From contig CAZRNR010000006.1 in the NCBI GenBank assembly GCA_964601505.1, positions 2,515 to 66,514 of the forward strand: a stretch of DNA of 64,000 nucleotides, written 5' to 3'. Under the pieces are notes generated by a model. That model had not been told where the DNA came from. It saw only the letters and a list, made by a program, of their open reading frames with translations, and searched no databases. The stretch comes from an uncultured bacterium (GTDB lineage Bacteria; Calescibacteriota; Calescibacteriia; Calescibacteriales; Calescibacteriaceae). Positions 38,700 through 49,081 of this stretch are shown here, piece by piece. A program made the translations under genes and the position numbers. Position 1 is the stretch's first letter. Each line of letters starts with the position of its first letter.

Positions 38700-40205
38700 T
38701 CAATAAGCTCCCTCAGTTCTTACAACGACCGCTATTGTTCTTAGGATTATAACTATATCAAGCCATATAGACCAGTTTTTCATGTACCAAACGGATATAA
38801 CATTTTTATCTTCGTGTGATATGTTAGCCCTTCCCATAACTTGAGCTAGTCCAGTTATACCCGGTTTTATGTATTTTGCCCATTCCATATAGTATTCACT
38901 ACAGCGCTCAACTTCTTCTGGAACAAGCGCTCTTGGACCAACTAAACTCATATCCCCCTTAAGAACATTTATTATCTGTGGAAGCTCATCTAAAGAAAAC
39001 TTACGGAGAAATTTTCCAACACGAGTTATTCTTGGATCATAGCCTGGAATTTTACCAGTTCGCATATATATATCACGAAATTCCTGATTTTCCTCAAGAT
39101 ATTTCTGCAATATTTCCTGGTTATTCACATACATAGTTCTAAACTTGTAACACTTAAATTTTTTCCCATTCTTCCCGACTCTTTCCTGAGAGAATATCAC
39201 CGGTCCTGGGGAGTCTAATTTTATGGCAATTGATATTATAATAAGAAGAGGAAAAAGCATCACAAATATTAGCAAAGATATGATTTTATCCATAAGTTCC
39301 TTCAAGAATCTGTTGAGAGGATTGGCCAACTTATTTTGAACAGTTAGAAAAAGGACCTGATGACCAAAAGAGTGTCTAAGCTCAGCCAAAACAGGAAGTC
39401 CGAACATATCTGGGACAACAGAGACTTTAGGAACAAATTTTTGTAAATGACTTGCAAGCGCAGTCAAAGCCTTATCTCCCAAAGAAGGAATGGCTAAAAT
39501 TACTTCATCAACATGAGTTTCCTTCAATATATTCCATATATCAGTTGTCCTACCTATGACAAGAACATCTCTGCCTCTGAATTTCCAAACAGGTTTCCAA
39601 AGCTTTGCTCTATCATCATCTAGAACTCCAACTACATCATAACCCAGAGATCTTTCAGAATCTATGGATTTAAGAACACGCAAACCAGCCAAGCCACCAC
39701 CGACAATAATAACTCTTTCACGCAAGCCGAGAATCCAAAGAATATCCTTAAGTGCAAACCTGCCTATAGATAAAACCAAAGTACCGATCAACAAAAAAAG
39801 AAAAATATCCAAAGATAACCTACTAAAATCATTGAAAATATACAGTAATGATGTAAATAAAAATACCCCTGTTATCCTTCCAATCTCATCCCATAATGGG
39901 AATCTCCTTGAATAAAGGTTGTATATAAGTGAGATTATAAGATAAACTGGAACAACAAAATAATGAAGATTGAAAACATTAGAAAGAAGAAACAGCAAGA
40001 TAGAATCTAATCCAGCGAGTGAAAAACTATATATGACATTTTTGAGGAGTATGCTTTGGCCACGCTTTTCAGATATTTCGTGCGGAGCAAAATTAAGAAT
40101 TTCCAAAATATCAAAATCTTCCGTTGTTATTTCCTTCTCGGGTATAGTAAATTTCTTCTCCAGATGATCGTTTATTAACGGTCCATAATAGGGCCTATCC
40201 CCCAT
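38700..40205 (-). CDS. exopolysaccharide priming polyprenyl glycosylphosphotransferase (WbaP/EpsB-like sugar transferase)
   Basis: 501 aa. N-terminal TM helices, a Rossmann-like middle region, and a C-terminal bacterial sugar transferase domain ([26 protein letters not shown]; [20 protein letters not shown]). Confidence 0.85.
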   Translation of the reverse strand: MGDRPYYGPLINDHLEKKFTIPEKEITTEDFDILEILNFAPHEISEKRGQSILLKNVIYSFSLAGLDSILLFLLSNVFNLHYFVVPVYLIISLIYNLYSRRFPLWDEIGRITGVFLFTSLLYIFNDFSRLSLDIFLFLLIGTLVLSIGRFALKDILWILGLRERVIIVGGGLAGLRVLKSIDSERSLGYDVVGVLDDDRAKLWKPVWKFRGRDVLVIGRTTDIWNILKETHVDEVILAIPSLGDKALTALASHLQKFVPKVSVVPDMFGLPVLAELRHSFGHQVLFLTVQNKLANPLNRFLKELMDKIISLLIFVMLFPLLIIISIAIKLDSPGPVIFSQERVGKNGKKFKCYKFRTMYVNNQEILQKYLEENQEFRDIYMRTGKIPGYDPRITRVGKFLRKFSLDELPQIINVLKGDMSLVGPRALVPEEVERCSEYYMEWAKYIKPGITGLAQVMGRANISHEDKNVISVWYMKNWSIWLDIVIILRTIAVVVRTEGAY

Positions 40206-40485
40206 GTTTTTTAAAGTATATATTAAAAACTAAACTTTATCAATAATACAAAAATAATCCATTGCAGAGTTCAGATATAGCAGATCACGATGAAATCTAG
40301 ACGTGAACCTTTTAAAAGAAAATCTCCTTTGCCGAAAAATTTCCACATACTTATAGCATCATTTTATTTTTACGAAATACTACCTGATTAAGAAAAGAAT
40401 GACCTTTCACATCTTCGAAAATTTTCCATAAAATTCATGCAATACTCGTATTACACTCATCACAAAGCAAAAAATTTATAAAAAT

Positions 40486-40605
40486 ATGAGGTATGAAACT
40501 TCTTTCAAAGAACTAATCTTAGGTGCAGAGAAAGAAATACTCTCTGTTATTATCGGGTTCAATCTTGAAACCTTAATCGTCATAAAATAGGACATAAAAT
40601 TTTAA
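40486..40605 (+). pseudogene. relic of an Rpn/TIGR01784-like putative transposase gene (N-terminal ~38 codons, in-frame stops)
   Basis: Hand translation gives MRYETSFKELILGAEKEILSVIIGFNLETLIVIK*DIKF*. This aligns with the N-terminus of the 51530-52375 product (MGRYDVSLKNLLEGSEAEILSLFGIKVKRLKVQDIEF), about half identical. TAG falls at the Gln position. Similarity is lost downstream. Confidence 0.45.
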
Positions 40606-40718
40606 ATTTGTAAAATCCATCTCTTTTATCGAAAAATTCTTATGATTTACTTACTATAGAATACATTCATCATGAAGGAAGTATTAAAACTTCTTGCAAC
40701 AGAGAAATAAAGAAGTTC

Positions 40719-43700
40719 TCATCTATTCCTGCGAATTTTTCTCAAAAATGAATAAAGAGCTGGGACAAACAAAAGTGTAAGAAAAGTAGAGTTTAGGAGT
40801 CCAAAGACAGATGGGATAGCGAAGTTTCTACCTCCGACTATTGACTCACTTTCGGTAAATATTGATGGAACAAGCCCCAGGATAGTTGTCAGAGACGTCA
40901 TAAGAACTGGGCGCAACCTTGAACTTGCACCCTCAATCAAAGCATCATTCCAACGCATCCCTTCTTCTCTCCTCTTTTTCTCAACAACATCAAGAAGCAC
41001 TATACCGTTATTGACTGCTATACCTGAAAGCAAGAATATAGATATTGCAGCAAGCACAGAAAACGAAGTCCCAGTCAAAAACAGTCCCAAAATAGCACCA
41101 CTCACAACAAGAGGAACAGTAAAAAGTATAATAAACGGAATCAGAAAAGATTTCAATATAACCACCATAGAAGCATAGACCAGAAACACTCCAAGGAGAA
41201 CAACAATAATCACAGCCGAAAATGTTTTGCGTGTCTCAGTTAAGGCCCTACCAAACTGTACATCTAAATCCGGGAATTTCTCCTTAATAAAACTCACTAT
41301 CTTTTGAGCGTCGGAAAAAGATGAACCTGTAGTATCTACCGATATCCTTCCGACCCTTAATCCATCTATCCTTTCTATTTCAAGCGGAGTAAGGCCAAAA
41401 CTTACATAAGCTATGTCGGAAAGAAAAGTGGAACCATCTTGTATGAAAGGAGGCTTTACTGGTAATCTCTTCAGATTCTCAAGGGATATATCCCTTCCCT
41501 CCCTCGATCTTAAAAGTATAGCTATATCTTCCCCATATCTTGTAAATATTCCTACATTTACACCTGTGATAAGTGTTGTAAGAAGATCCCCGAGATAAGC
41601 TGGAGTTATATTCAAGGATTTCCCCGACTCCCATAGTCTTATCTGTAATTCTGGAACTGGCTTTGGCTGTTCCAAATCTGCTGCCAGAACAAAATCCAAC
41701 TTCTCAATTTCATCAGAAACTTTCTTTAGCCGCTCAAGAAAAGCGACATAATCTTGTTCCGCAAGGTCTGAATAGACTTTAAGCTCTATTCCTCTTGATT
41801 GCCCGAATATGAATAGGTTAACCGGATTTGCCGGTATTATTCTAAAATCTTCGACATCCGGATTAGATGAGAGAATTTTAGAAATAATCCTATAGGCATC
41901 AAAATAAGATATATTTTTCAATTTAATACCAAGGAGAATAAGATTATCTGACTCCGTGAATCTCTGAGCGCGACCAAAAGATCTACCAAAAGCAGACTCA
42001 CCATATCTAAAGAACATATAATCTATATTCTCTTTCTTAACAGCATCGGCGATATCATCTTTTATCTTATAAGCAACCCTTTCAGCCCATCTCCAATTCG
42101 CAGTTTTTGGAAGATATACAAAAACTCTCATATCTGGTATATCCTTGACCGGAATAAGTTCCTTCTTAAGGTACGGGAAAGTTCCAAACGGTATAAAAAT
42201 GAGAATAATAATAATCAAGAGAAATAGGGCAGGTTTCCGTGCAACCTGTTTTAAAATCTTCTTATAAAGCCCCTCAAATGCAAACATTCCACCACCCCCC
42301 TTCCCGGACTCATCATTTAAAAAGACAGAGGCAAGGGATGGGATAAGAGTAGATGCTACGTACAAGGATATTATAGATGATACCGCAATAATGACAGCAA
42401 AATCAATAAATAACCTGAAGGCTAAATCTTTTATAAATGCTATCGGTAAAAAGACAATAAAGTTCGTAACTGTTGAACCCAAAAGCGCTGTGAAAACATA
42501 CTCTGTTCCCTCAATTGATGCGAGTTTCAAATTTTTACCATCCAATTGATTCCTACGCTTTATACTATCAAGAACAACTATTGAGTTATCTATAACTATA
42601 CCGGAAGAAGCTATTATAGCAGAAAGTGAAATCACATTCAATCCTATTCCCAGAAAGTATATCACCAGAAGAGAAAATATCAAAGATACAGGGATTGATA
42701 CAAAAAGCAAAAGGCTCTCTTTAAACCTTCTTATAAATATAAAAGTAATGATACCTACAGCTAAAACAGCATAAAAAATGGTAATCCTTAATTCATCAAT
42801 TGTCTTACGAATGGAATCCGAAAAATCAAGAAGTATCCTTATACTAACATCTGCCGGAAGCTTGTTAGAAATATCCTCAAGAGCTTTTCTAACTCCATCA
42901 CTTACCTGAATTATATTAGCTCCAGGTCTCTTCCTTATAAGGAAGAGAAGAATATTCTCCAACCTCTGTCCATCATAAAGAAGTGATGATGAAGATTCAT
43001 CTTTTCCAGCAAGTTCCACTTGAGCTATATCCCTTAGCCTCACAGGAAGACCATTTCTGACAGCAACAACAACACTCTCAATATCTGATATACTAGAAAA
43101 CCTACCCTTTACAGTTGTTATAAAAGCACTATCAGAAAGATTTATTTTACCTGCAGAAAAATCTCCATTGTACTGTGATATTGCCTGCCTTACCTCCTGA
43201 ACACCAATACCATAATTCTTCATCTTTTGTATATCAAGCCAAACATTCAATATCCTTTGTGCATCTGCAAGAATTAAAACACCTCCGACACCCGGTATGT
43301 TAGAAATCTTTTGAGATAAAATATCATCCGCAATACGATACAGAGAATCTCTATCCCTTTTCCCAAATATTCCCAAAAATAGCACGGGAAATGTAGATGA
43401 TGTGAATCTTAAAGTTGAGACATTCACATTGAGTCCTATAGCTGTAAAATTTCTCTTTGTAAACTCCAACCTTTCATTTATTCTTTGAACAGCAAAATCT
43501 AAATTTTCTCCCTGCCTGAATTTAATCTGAATAACTCCAACTCCCTGCTCACATATCGATTGTATCTCTTCAACTCCTTCAACTGATTTTATAGATTCTT
43601 CTATTGGTTTTATAACTATCTGTTCTATCTGTTCAGGTGAAGCATTCTCCAAAGAAGCAGCAATAGAAACGAATGGGGGTTCGATCGGTGGGAGAAGATC

Positions 43701-43811
43701 TACAGGCAAAAGTGTTGAAGCATAAAGTCCAAGAACAACAAAAGAAATATAAATTATAGTAGTTCCCGGAATATTCTCGACTGCCCTTCTTATAAGGCTC
43801 ATATCTATCAA
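40719..43811 (-). CDS. efflux RND transporter permease (AcrB/HAE1-like), orphan
   Basis: 1030 aa with the 12-TM RND architecture and two large periplasmic loops. No adjacent membrane-fusion or outer-membrane factor gene. Confidence 0.9.
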   Translation of the reverse strand: MIDMSLIRRAVENIPGTTIIYISFVVLGLYASTLLPVDLLPPIEPPFVSIAASLENASPEQIEQIVIKPIEESIKSVEGVEEIQSICEQGVGVIQIKFRQGENLDFAVQRINERLEFTKRNFTAIGLNVNVSTLRFTSSTFPVLFLGIFGKRDRDSLYRIADDILSQKISNIPGVGGVLILADAQRILNVWLDIQKMKNYGIGVQEVRQAISQYNGDFSAGKINLSDSAFITTVKGRFSSISDIESVVVAVRNGLPVRLRDIAQVELAGKDESSSSLLYDGQRLENILLFLIRKRPGANIIQVSDGVRKALEDISNKLPADVSIRILLDFSDSIRKTIDELRITIFYAVLAVGIITFIFIRRFKESLLLFVSIPVSLIFSLLVIYFLGIGLNVISLSAIIASSGIVIDNSIVVLDSIKRRNQLDGKNLKLASIEGTEYVFTALLGSTVTNFIVFLPIAFIKDLAFRLFIDFAVIIAVSSIISLYVASTLIPSLASVFLNDESGKGGGGMFAFEGLYKKILKQVARKPALFLLIIIILIFIPFGTFPYLKKELIPVKDIPDMRVFVYLPKTANWRWAERVAYKIKDDIADAVKKENIDYMFFRYGESAFGRSFGRAQRFTESDNLILLGIKLKNISYFDAYRIISKILSSNPDVEDFRIIPANPVNLFIFGQSRGIELKVYSDLAEQDYVAFLERLKKVSDEIEKLDFVLAADLEQPKPVPELQIRLWESGKSLNITPAYLGDLLTTLITGVNVGIFTRYGEDIAILLRSREGRDISLENLKRLPVKPPFIQDGSTFLSDIAYVSFGLTPLEIERIDGLRVGRISVDTTGSSFSDAQKIVSFIKEKFPDLDVQFGRALTETRKTFSAVIIVVLLGVFLVYASMVVILKSFLIPFIILFTVPLVVSGAILGLFLTGTSFSVLAAISIFLLSGIAVNNGIVLLDVVEKKRREEGMRWNDALIEGASSRLRPVLMTSLTTILGLVPSIFTESESIVGGRNFAIPSVFGLLNSTFLTLLFVPALYSFLRKIRRNR

Positions 43812-43901
43812 ATTTTAACTTCCCTTCACCCAGGAACAAGAAAAATCAGGAACATACAAAGGTCATATAGTTTTTATCTATATACAAAAAAGCAAATAAT
43901 C

Positions 43902-44930
43902 TTACATATATCTTTTCTTGAAGAAAGTAAAATGTTCGTTGAACAATAGTCTTATATCATCTATGTTGTATTTTATCATTGTAAGTCTTTCAACTCCCAT
44001 TCCGAAAGCAAACCCCCGAACTCCAGAGTAATCCACAGATTTAAAAACTTCCGGATGAACCATTCCACAACCAGCAACTTCAAGAAAACCAGATCCCTTA
44101 CAGACTTTACAAGTTTTACTTCTTCCCATACATATGCTGCATGATATATCAACTTCTGCGGAGGGTTCTGTGAACGGAAAATAAGAAGGCCTAAAGCGAA
44201 CCTTTATATTTTCGCCGAAAAACTTCATAAAAAAGAACTCAAGAACACCGAATAAATCGGACATCTTAACATCTCGATCAACATAAAGCCCTTCCACTTG
44301 GTGAAAAACAGGTGAATGTGTTGCATCCCAATCTCTTCTAAAAACTCTTCCGGGAGCTATTATCTTTACTGGAAGAATTCCTCGCCTTTTCTCCATAGCC
44401 CTTATCTGGACAGGAGATGTATGTGTTCTTAGCAACTTTCCATTTTCAAGATAAAACGTGTCTTGCATATCCCTCGCTGGGTGATCTGTTGGGATATTTA
44501 ATGCAGTAAAGTTATACCAATCGTCCTCAATTTCCGGACCATCTTCAACTTCAAAACCTATCTTCTCAAATATTCTTACAATCTGTCTCATAACATCTTG
44601 AACCGGATGGATTGCACCAAAAAACCTTGTTCTTCCGTCAAGAGTTATGTCGGGTATCTTAATTTCAATTCTTCTCTCTCCTTCAAACTCTTTAATCTTC
44701 GCCTCAACGAAAGATTTTATTTCATTCAATAGTTTTCCCAATTCTCTCTTTTCTTGAGGGTCTTGTATTTTTGGGATAAGCTTAAACATCTGTGGTATTT
44801 TATCTTTCAAATAATCTGACTTGAGCCTATGTAATGCTTCCTTTTTTTCTTGATCGGACTGGGCTTTTTGTATCAGCTCTATAGTTTTCAATATTTCATC
44901 TTTCAACTCTTCTGCCTGTTTTATAGACAT
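43902..44930 (-). CDS. pheS: phenylalanine--tRNA ligase alpha subunit
   Basis: 342 aa. Class II motif 2 FRRDWDATHSPVFHQVEG and motif 3 GFAFGMGVERL. No pheT follows. Confidence 0.93.
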   Translation of the reverse strand: MSIKQAEELKDEILKTIELIQKAQSDQEKKEALHRLKSDYLKDKIPQMFKLIPKIQDPQEKRELGKLLNEIKSFVEAKIKEFEGERRIEIKIPDITLDGRTRFFGAIHPVQDVMRQIVRIFEKIGFEVEDGPEIEDDWYNFTALNIPTDHPARDMQDTFYLENGKLLRTHTSPVQIRAMEKRRGILPVKIIAPGRVFRRDWDATHSPVFHQVEGLYVDRDVKMSDLFGVLEFFFMKFFGENIKVRFRPSYFPFTEPSAEVDISCSICMGRSKTCKVCKGSGFLEVAGCGMVHPEVFKSVDYSGVRGFAFGMGVERLTMIKYNIDDIRLLFNEHFTFFKKRYM

Positions 44931-45010
44931 AAGAAGTCTTTTATAATTTTTTCTTGTTGTTTTCGCAAATGTTAATTTCTTTTTGTCTTGATGCTTAATT
45001 TATTTGAAAA

Positions 45011-45100
45011 GGAGAGGTGGCCGAGAGGTCTAAGGCAGCAGCCTGCTAAGCTGCGACGGAGTTAAAATCCGTCTCGCGGGTTCGAATCCCGCCCTCTCCG
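45011..45100 (+). tRNA. tRNA-Ser (GCT)
   Basis: Acceptor GGAGAGG/CCTCTCC. Anticodon arm GCAGC-CTGCTAA-GCTGC. Long variable arm ACGGA ... TCCGT. T arm GCGGG-TTCGAAT-CCCGC. Discriminator G. CCA is not encoded. Confidence 0.9.
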
Positions 45101-45191
45101 CCCCAGTAAAAAATCCAAAGAAAAAAGAAATATAAGTTTCAAATCAGAAATCATTAAAAAATTCTTTAAAATAGACCAAATAGCCATTTGT

Positions 45192-45271
45192 ATCTATAGT
45201 AAATCACAAAAAATTTTCAACATTGTTGATTTCACTCACTTGTCAAAATTTTACTGTGATTTACTATAGAT
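45192..45271. repeat. inverted repeat upstream of flhB: 17-nt perfect arms, extendable to ~26 nt imperfect, 46-nt spacer
   Basis: ATCTATAGTAAATCACA (45192-45208) and TGTGATTTACTATAGAT (45255-45271) are exact reverse complements. The flanking AAAATTTT tracts also pair. Confidence 0.7.
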
Positions 45272-45346
45272 CTTTAAATCCACAAGAAGCTATTGTAGCT
45301 AAACCAATAAATTCATTTCTCATAGAAATAACTAAAATTTTTATAT

Positions 45347-46390
45347 ATGCGAGATGATGTTGAGAGAACAGAACCTCCTACGCCGCATAAAATAGAAGAA
45401 GCTCGCCAAAGAGGGATTGTCCCAAAGTCAAGAGAAATTGTTGGGTTATTCGTATTACTCTCAGTGATAATTTTTCTATGGTTGGCTGGAGAATCTGTAA
45501 TCAGATCTTTTCAAGAAGGTATCGGAATAGTAAGCTCAAGGGAGTTCTCAGGTGAAACTTTATCATATATATTCGGTATTGTCGGGAAAATAGTTCTGCC
45601 AGTTCTTCTGATTTCTGCAGTTTTTGCAATTTTAGGAAATGTTATTCAGGTAGGATTTTTCATTGCCACAAAAGCATTTGAACCAAAGGTTGAGAAGTTT
45701 AACCCATTTGAAAACATCACACGCATATTTTCAGCGAGGAATTTTGTAGAGTTATCAAAAGCCGCAGCAAAATCTTTTGTAATACTTGGCATTGTCTTTA
45801 TTTTCATATATATTAGCAGAAACAAAGTTGACGAATTTTTTGGAGTTGATATACTTAGCATACTTCCAAAGTCAGCCGGGGTTGTAGTAAGGATATCGCT
45901 TATAATATTAGGCTTCTTATTGGTTTTATCCATAGCAGATTATGTCTGGCAAAGATGGGACTGGTGGAAATCTCTTATGATGTCAAGAAGCGAGCTGAGG
46001 GAAGAGATGAGAAGATATGAAGGAGACCCACAAGTAAAAAGCAGAGTTAGAAGAAGAATGTTTGAAATGGCGAGGACCAGAATGATGGCAGAAGTTCCAA
46101 AAGCAGATGTTATAATAACTAATCCAACACATCTGGCAGTAGCTCTAAAATATGATAGAGCAATAATGAAGGCTCCGAAAGTCGTAGCAAAAGGTATGAA
46201 CTACATCGCTCAAAAAATAGTTGAAATCGCAAAAGAAAATAATGTCCCCATATATCAGGATCCACCACTTGCCTGGTCCTTATACAAAACAACTGATGTT
46301 GGGGATTACATCCCTGAAACACTATATAGAGCAGTAGCAAAAGTTCTCGCTTATGTCATAATGCTTAAACAGAAAAACATAAAAACCTAA
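45347..46390 (+). CDS. flhB: flagellar type III secretion substrate-specificity switch protein FlhB
   Basis: 347 aa. N-terminal ERTEPPTPHKIEEARQRG, four TM helices, and the NPTH autocleavage motif (ITNPTHLAVALKY). Confidence 0.9.
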   Translation: MRDDVERTEPPTPHKIEEARQRGIVPKSREIVGLFVLLSVIIFLWLAGESVIRSFQEGIGIVSSREFSGETLSYIFGIVGKIVLPVLLISAVFAILGNVIQVGFFIATKAFEPKVEKFNPFENITRIFSARNFVELSKAAAKSFVILGIVFIFIYISRNKVDEFFGVDILSILPKSAGVVVRISLIILGFLLVLSIADYVWQRWDWWKSLMMSRSELREEMRRYEGDPQVKSRVRRRMFEMARTRMMAEVPKADVIITNPTHLAVALKYDRAIMKAPKVVAKGMNYIAQKIVEIAKENNVPIYQDPPLAWSLYKTTDVGDYIPETLYRAVAKVLAYVIMLKQKNIKT

Positions 46391-46671
46391 ATTCCAAATA
46401 AATAAAATAAAAAAATCAAGCCGAGCTAATAATATTATTTCCGATACAGCATAAAAAAAGAATTCATGTAATTCCTACAAAAATGCGATTATGAAAAACG
46501 ATACAGCTTTTTCCTTTTATCTTTGAGCAAACCTCAGTCGTGCCGCATTTTATATAAATTCTTAAAGAAAATATACTTTAAAATCTCAAAAGCTTCATAT
46601 TTAGAAAATGCTCCATGAAAGAAATACCGGGTTCTTCTAACAAAGTATGCTAAAATTGTAAAATTTATAAT

Positions 46672-47115
46672 ATGCTTACACTGGTGCTTATAATCAATAT
46701 AGCCTTTTTGATGCTCACAATAATATTCTCAATCAAGTTAAGATCAGATTTTGAAAATTTGAAGAATAAAAATGACAAAAAAGGAGCAGATGATGAATTG
46801 AAAATAAGGTTGCTTGGTCTTGAGGAGAGGATAAATTCTCTTGAAGAAGAACTAAAAAAGTTAGAGACAAAGAATATTGATCAGAAACAAGCAAAATCAA
46901 TTGAATTGAATCAGAAAAATGATATAATCAACACTCCGAGAGTGAGCGAAAAAAATGGAGAATTAGATAAAAAAGCGAATATCCCAAAACTAACACAAAG
47001 TCTGATTATCAATCTATTCAATCAAGGTAAGAAAGAGGAAGAAATAGCAAATCTCCTTGGCTTGTCTTTTGAGGAAGTAAAACTAATACTTATGGTTTCA
47101 CAGAAAGGTAAATAA
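46672..47115 (+). CDS. membrane-anchored coiled-coil protein with C-terminal HTH-like segment (DUF2802-like)
   Basis: 147 aa. An N-terminal TM helix, a coiled coil, then C-terminal LFNQGKKEEEIANLLGLSFEEVKLIL. The layout resembles flagellar-cluster DUF2802 proteins by eye. Confidence 0.4.
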   Translation: MLTLVLIINIAFLMLTIIFSIKLRSDFENLKNKNDKKGADDELKIRLLGLEERINSLEEELKKLETKNIDQKQAKSIELNQKNDIINTPRVSEKNGELDKKANIPKLTQSLIINLFNQGKKEEEIANLLGLSFEEVKLILMVSQKGK

Positions 47116-47125
47116 TAATATAAAG

Positions 47126-49081
47126 ATGATAGGGATTTTACTTTTTGTAATTTCTACACTCAAAATAAATCACTTTGAATTAAACCAAAATCCTACATTT
47201 TCATACCTAATAATAAATCTCAACTCATCAAAGTTTGATTTTGTTCAGAAGATAGTAGATGAAACAATAGTAATCATAATCCACTCAGCTCAAATACCAG
47301 AAAGAAAAGGAGCAAGATGGGAAAAAGATAAGTATTTTGATAAAGTCCATTTTTCTGAGATAGTCGAAGACGAAAGAAAATCAGCTCTCATCTCGATCCA
47401 CTTGAAAAGAAGCAAGGAAATAAAATGGCATATAGCAAGATCTGGTAGCGCAATAATCATATTTGCCGGTAAAGATATCCCTTTTACAGATAAAATAGAT
47501 ATTGAAGAATATATGAGAAGTTCTGTTGAGACAAGGAACTATGGAGCTATTGATATTCTTTTTGATTTTTCAAAATCTGATGATAAGGAGATAAGCGCAA
47601 AGGCTCTGTTTTACATAGGAGAGATGCTATTTAGGATGGGAATAGAAGCTAAAGAAATAACAACACTACTCAAATCTGCGAATTTCTATTCAAACGCCGC
47701 AAAAAAATTTTCAGAAATAGGTAAAATAGTAGAAGCAGTAGAATCAAAATATAAATCATCAAAAGCTTTTAGGATATCTGGATTTTATCCTGAAGCAAAG
47801 TTTCAAGCAGAATCTGGACTAGACTATCTTATAAAAGGTGAAGGAATTTTATCATCACAAGAAAAAAATGAACTTGAAACAAAGCTAATATGTTCTCAAT
47901 CTATCGCCCTTGTTGGTATGAATAAAGCAGGAGAAGCTGTCAAAGTAATAGAAGGAATCAAAGATGAGAAAATTTCAGAAGAAGCATATGACTGCTACTG
48001 GTCCGCAATTGGTGTGATTGAATTTGAGAAAGGAAATTTTGAAAAATCAGCCGAATTCATATCCTATGTATCAGACAACTTTATAAAGTATGATCCAGTT
48101 ATCTTGCCAAGATATGTAAAATCTCTCATTAGAACTAAAAGAGGATACCTTGCAAGAAAGTATATTGGTTTTATGATAAACTCACAGCTTCAAGAACTTA
48201 AGCCAGAAGCTTTAATTCTTCTTTCCGATTCTCTACTTCATGATGGTGATGAAATGAATTCTCTTAAATTTCTCTACAGAGTCATGAGAGAGTATCCAGG
48301 AACAAAATGGGAAATCAAAGCAAGACTATTTGCTGTTTTAAACAGAGAAAAATACTTAAAAATATCGAATAAAGTTCCAAAAAATGAAATCCCTCAAGAT
48401 GATCCGATCTCTAAAACCATTCCAAACATAAAATTTATAATTACTAAATTTCTGGCTCCAGAGTCGCAATTAGCCCTAAAAGAATATCTGAAAATAATCT
48501 CTGATAAGATAGAAAAAGATCAGGATATAGAAAATGACCTGAAATTTTTGAAAGAAGTACTTCCAACAATAAAGGCTCTCAAGATTGCTCCAGACTTGTA
48601 CACCGAGATATCCGAATCTATGTACGGAATACTAAAAAGCCTTTATGATAAGGATGAAAAAATAAAAGCTTTTGTATTCTACTCTGAAAACAAAGATATT
48701 CTTCCTCCTTTAAAAGATTACTCTTTTATAGAATCAATACAGAGAGAGATAGGAGGGGAGAAAGACATAAATCTTGAGTTAGCGCAAATAGAGATTTTAT
48801 CAGAAGAACAAAAATGCGATGAGGCTTACGAGAGAATAAAAAAACTTAAAGATGGGATGGATCCAAGGGAATACTCTATTGGAATACTAAAAGTAGCTCT
48901 GTGTTTCTTCCGTATGAAGGACCCGAAATTCAGACAAATATGCAAAGAGGAAATATCGGAACTTGAAACAATATGCTACCCTCAAGAGAGCACGAATTTT
49001 GAAAGAATAAAAAGTCTAATTGAAGAAATAACAAGAGAATACCAAGAGACTACAAAAGAGATAAAAGAGAAATTGAAATGA
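47126..49081 (+). CDS. hypothetical protein (N-terminal AMIN-like region, helical-repeat/TPR-like body)
   Basis: 651 aa. Starts 10 nt after the upstream gene. I recognise no family with confidence. Confidence 0.55.
   Translation: MIGILLFVISTLKINHFELNQNPTFSYLIINLNSSKFDFVQKIVDETIVIIIHSAQIPERKGARWEKDKYFDKVHFSEIVEDERKSALISIHLKRSKEIKWHIARSGSAIIIFAGKDIPFTDKIDIEEYMRSSVETRNYGAIDILFDFSKSDDKEISAKALFYIGEMLFRMGIEAKEITTLLKSANFYSNAAKKFSEIGKIVEAVESKYKSSKAFRISGFYPEAKFQAESGLDYLIKGEGILSSQEKNELETKLICSQSIALVGMNKAGEAVKVIEGIKDEKISEEAYDCYWSAIGVIEFEKGNFEKSAEFISYVSDNFIKYDPVILPRYVKSLIRTKRGYLARKYIGFMINSQLQELKPEALILLSDSLLHDGDEMNSLKFLYRVMREYPGTKWEIKARLFAVLNREKYLKISNKVPKNEIPQDDPISKTIPNIKFIITKFLAPESQLALKEYLKIISDKIEKDQDIENDLKFLKEVLPTIKALKIAPDLYTEISESMYGILKSLYDKDEKIKAFVFYSENKDILPPLKDYSFIESIQREIGGEKDINLELAQIEILSEEQKCDEAYERIKKLKDGMDPREYSIGILKVALCFFRMKDPKFRQICKEEISELETICYPQESTNFERIKSLIEEITREYQETTKEIKEKLK

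Noticed and set aside
46442-46507. A direct 9-nt repeat CGATACAGC (46442-46450 and 46499-46507), with CCGATA resembling the -10 element of a sigma-28 (FliA) promoter downstream of flhB.
   Set aside because: No TAAA -35 element lies at the required 15-nt spacing. The repeat is too short to exclude chance.
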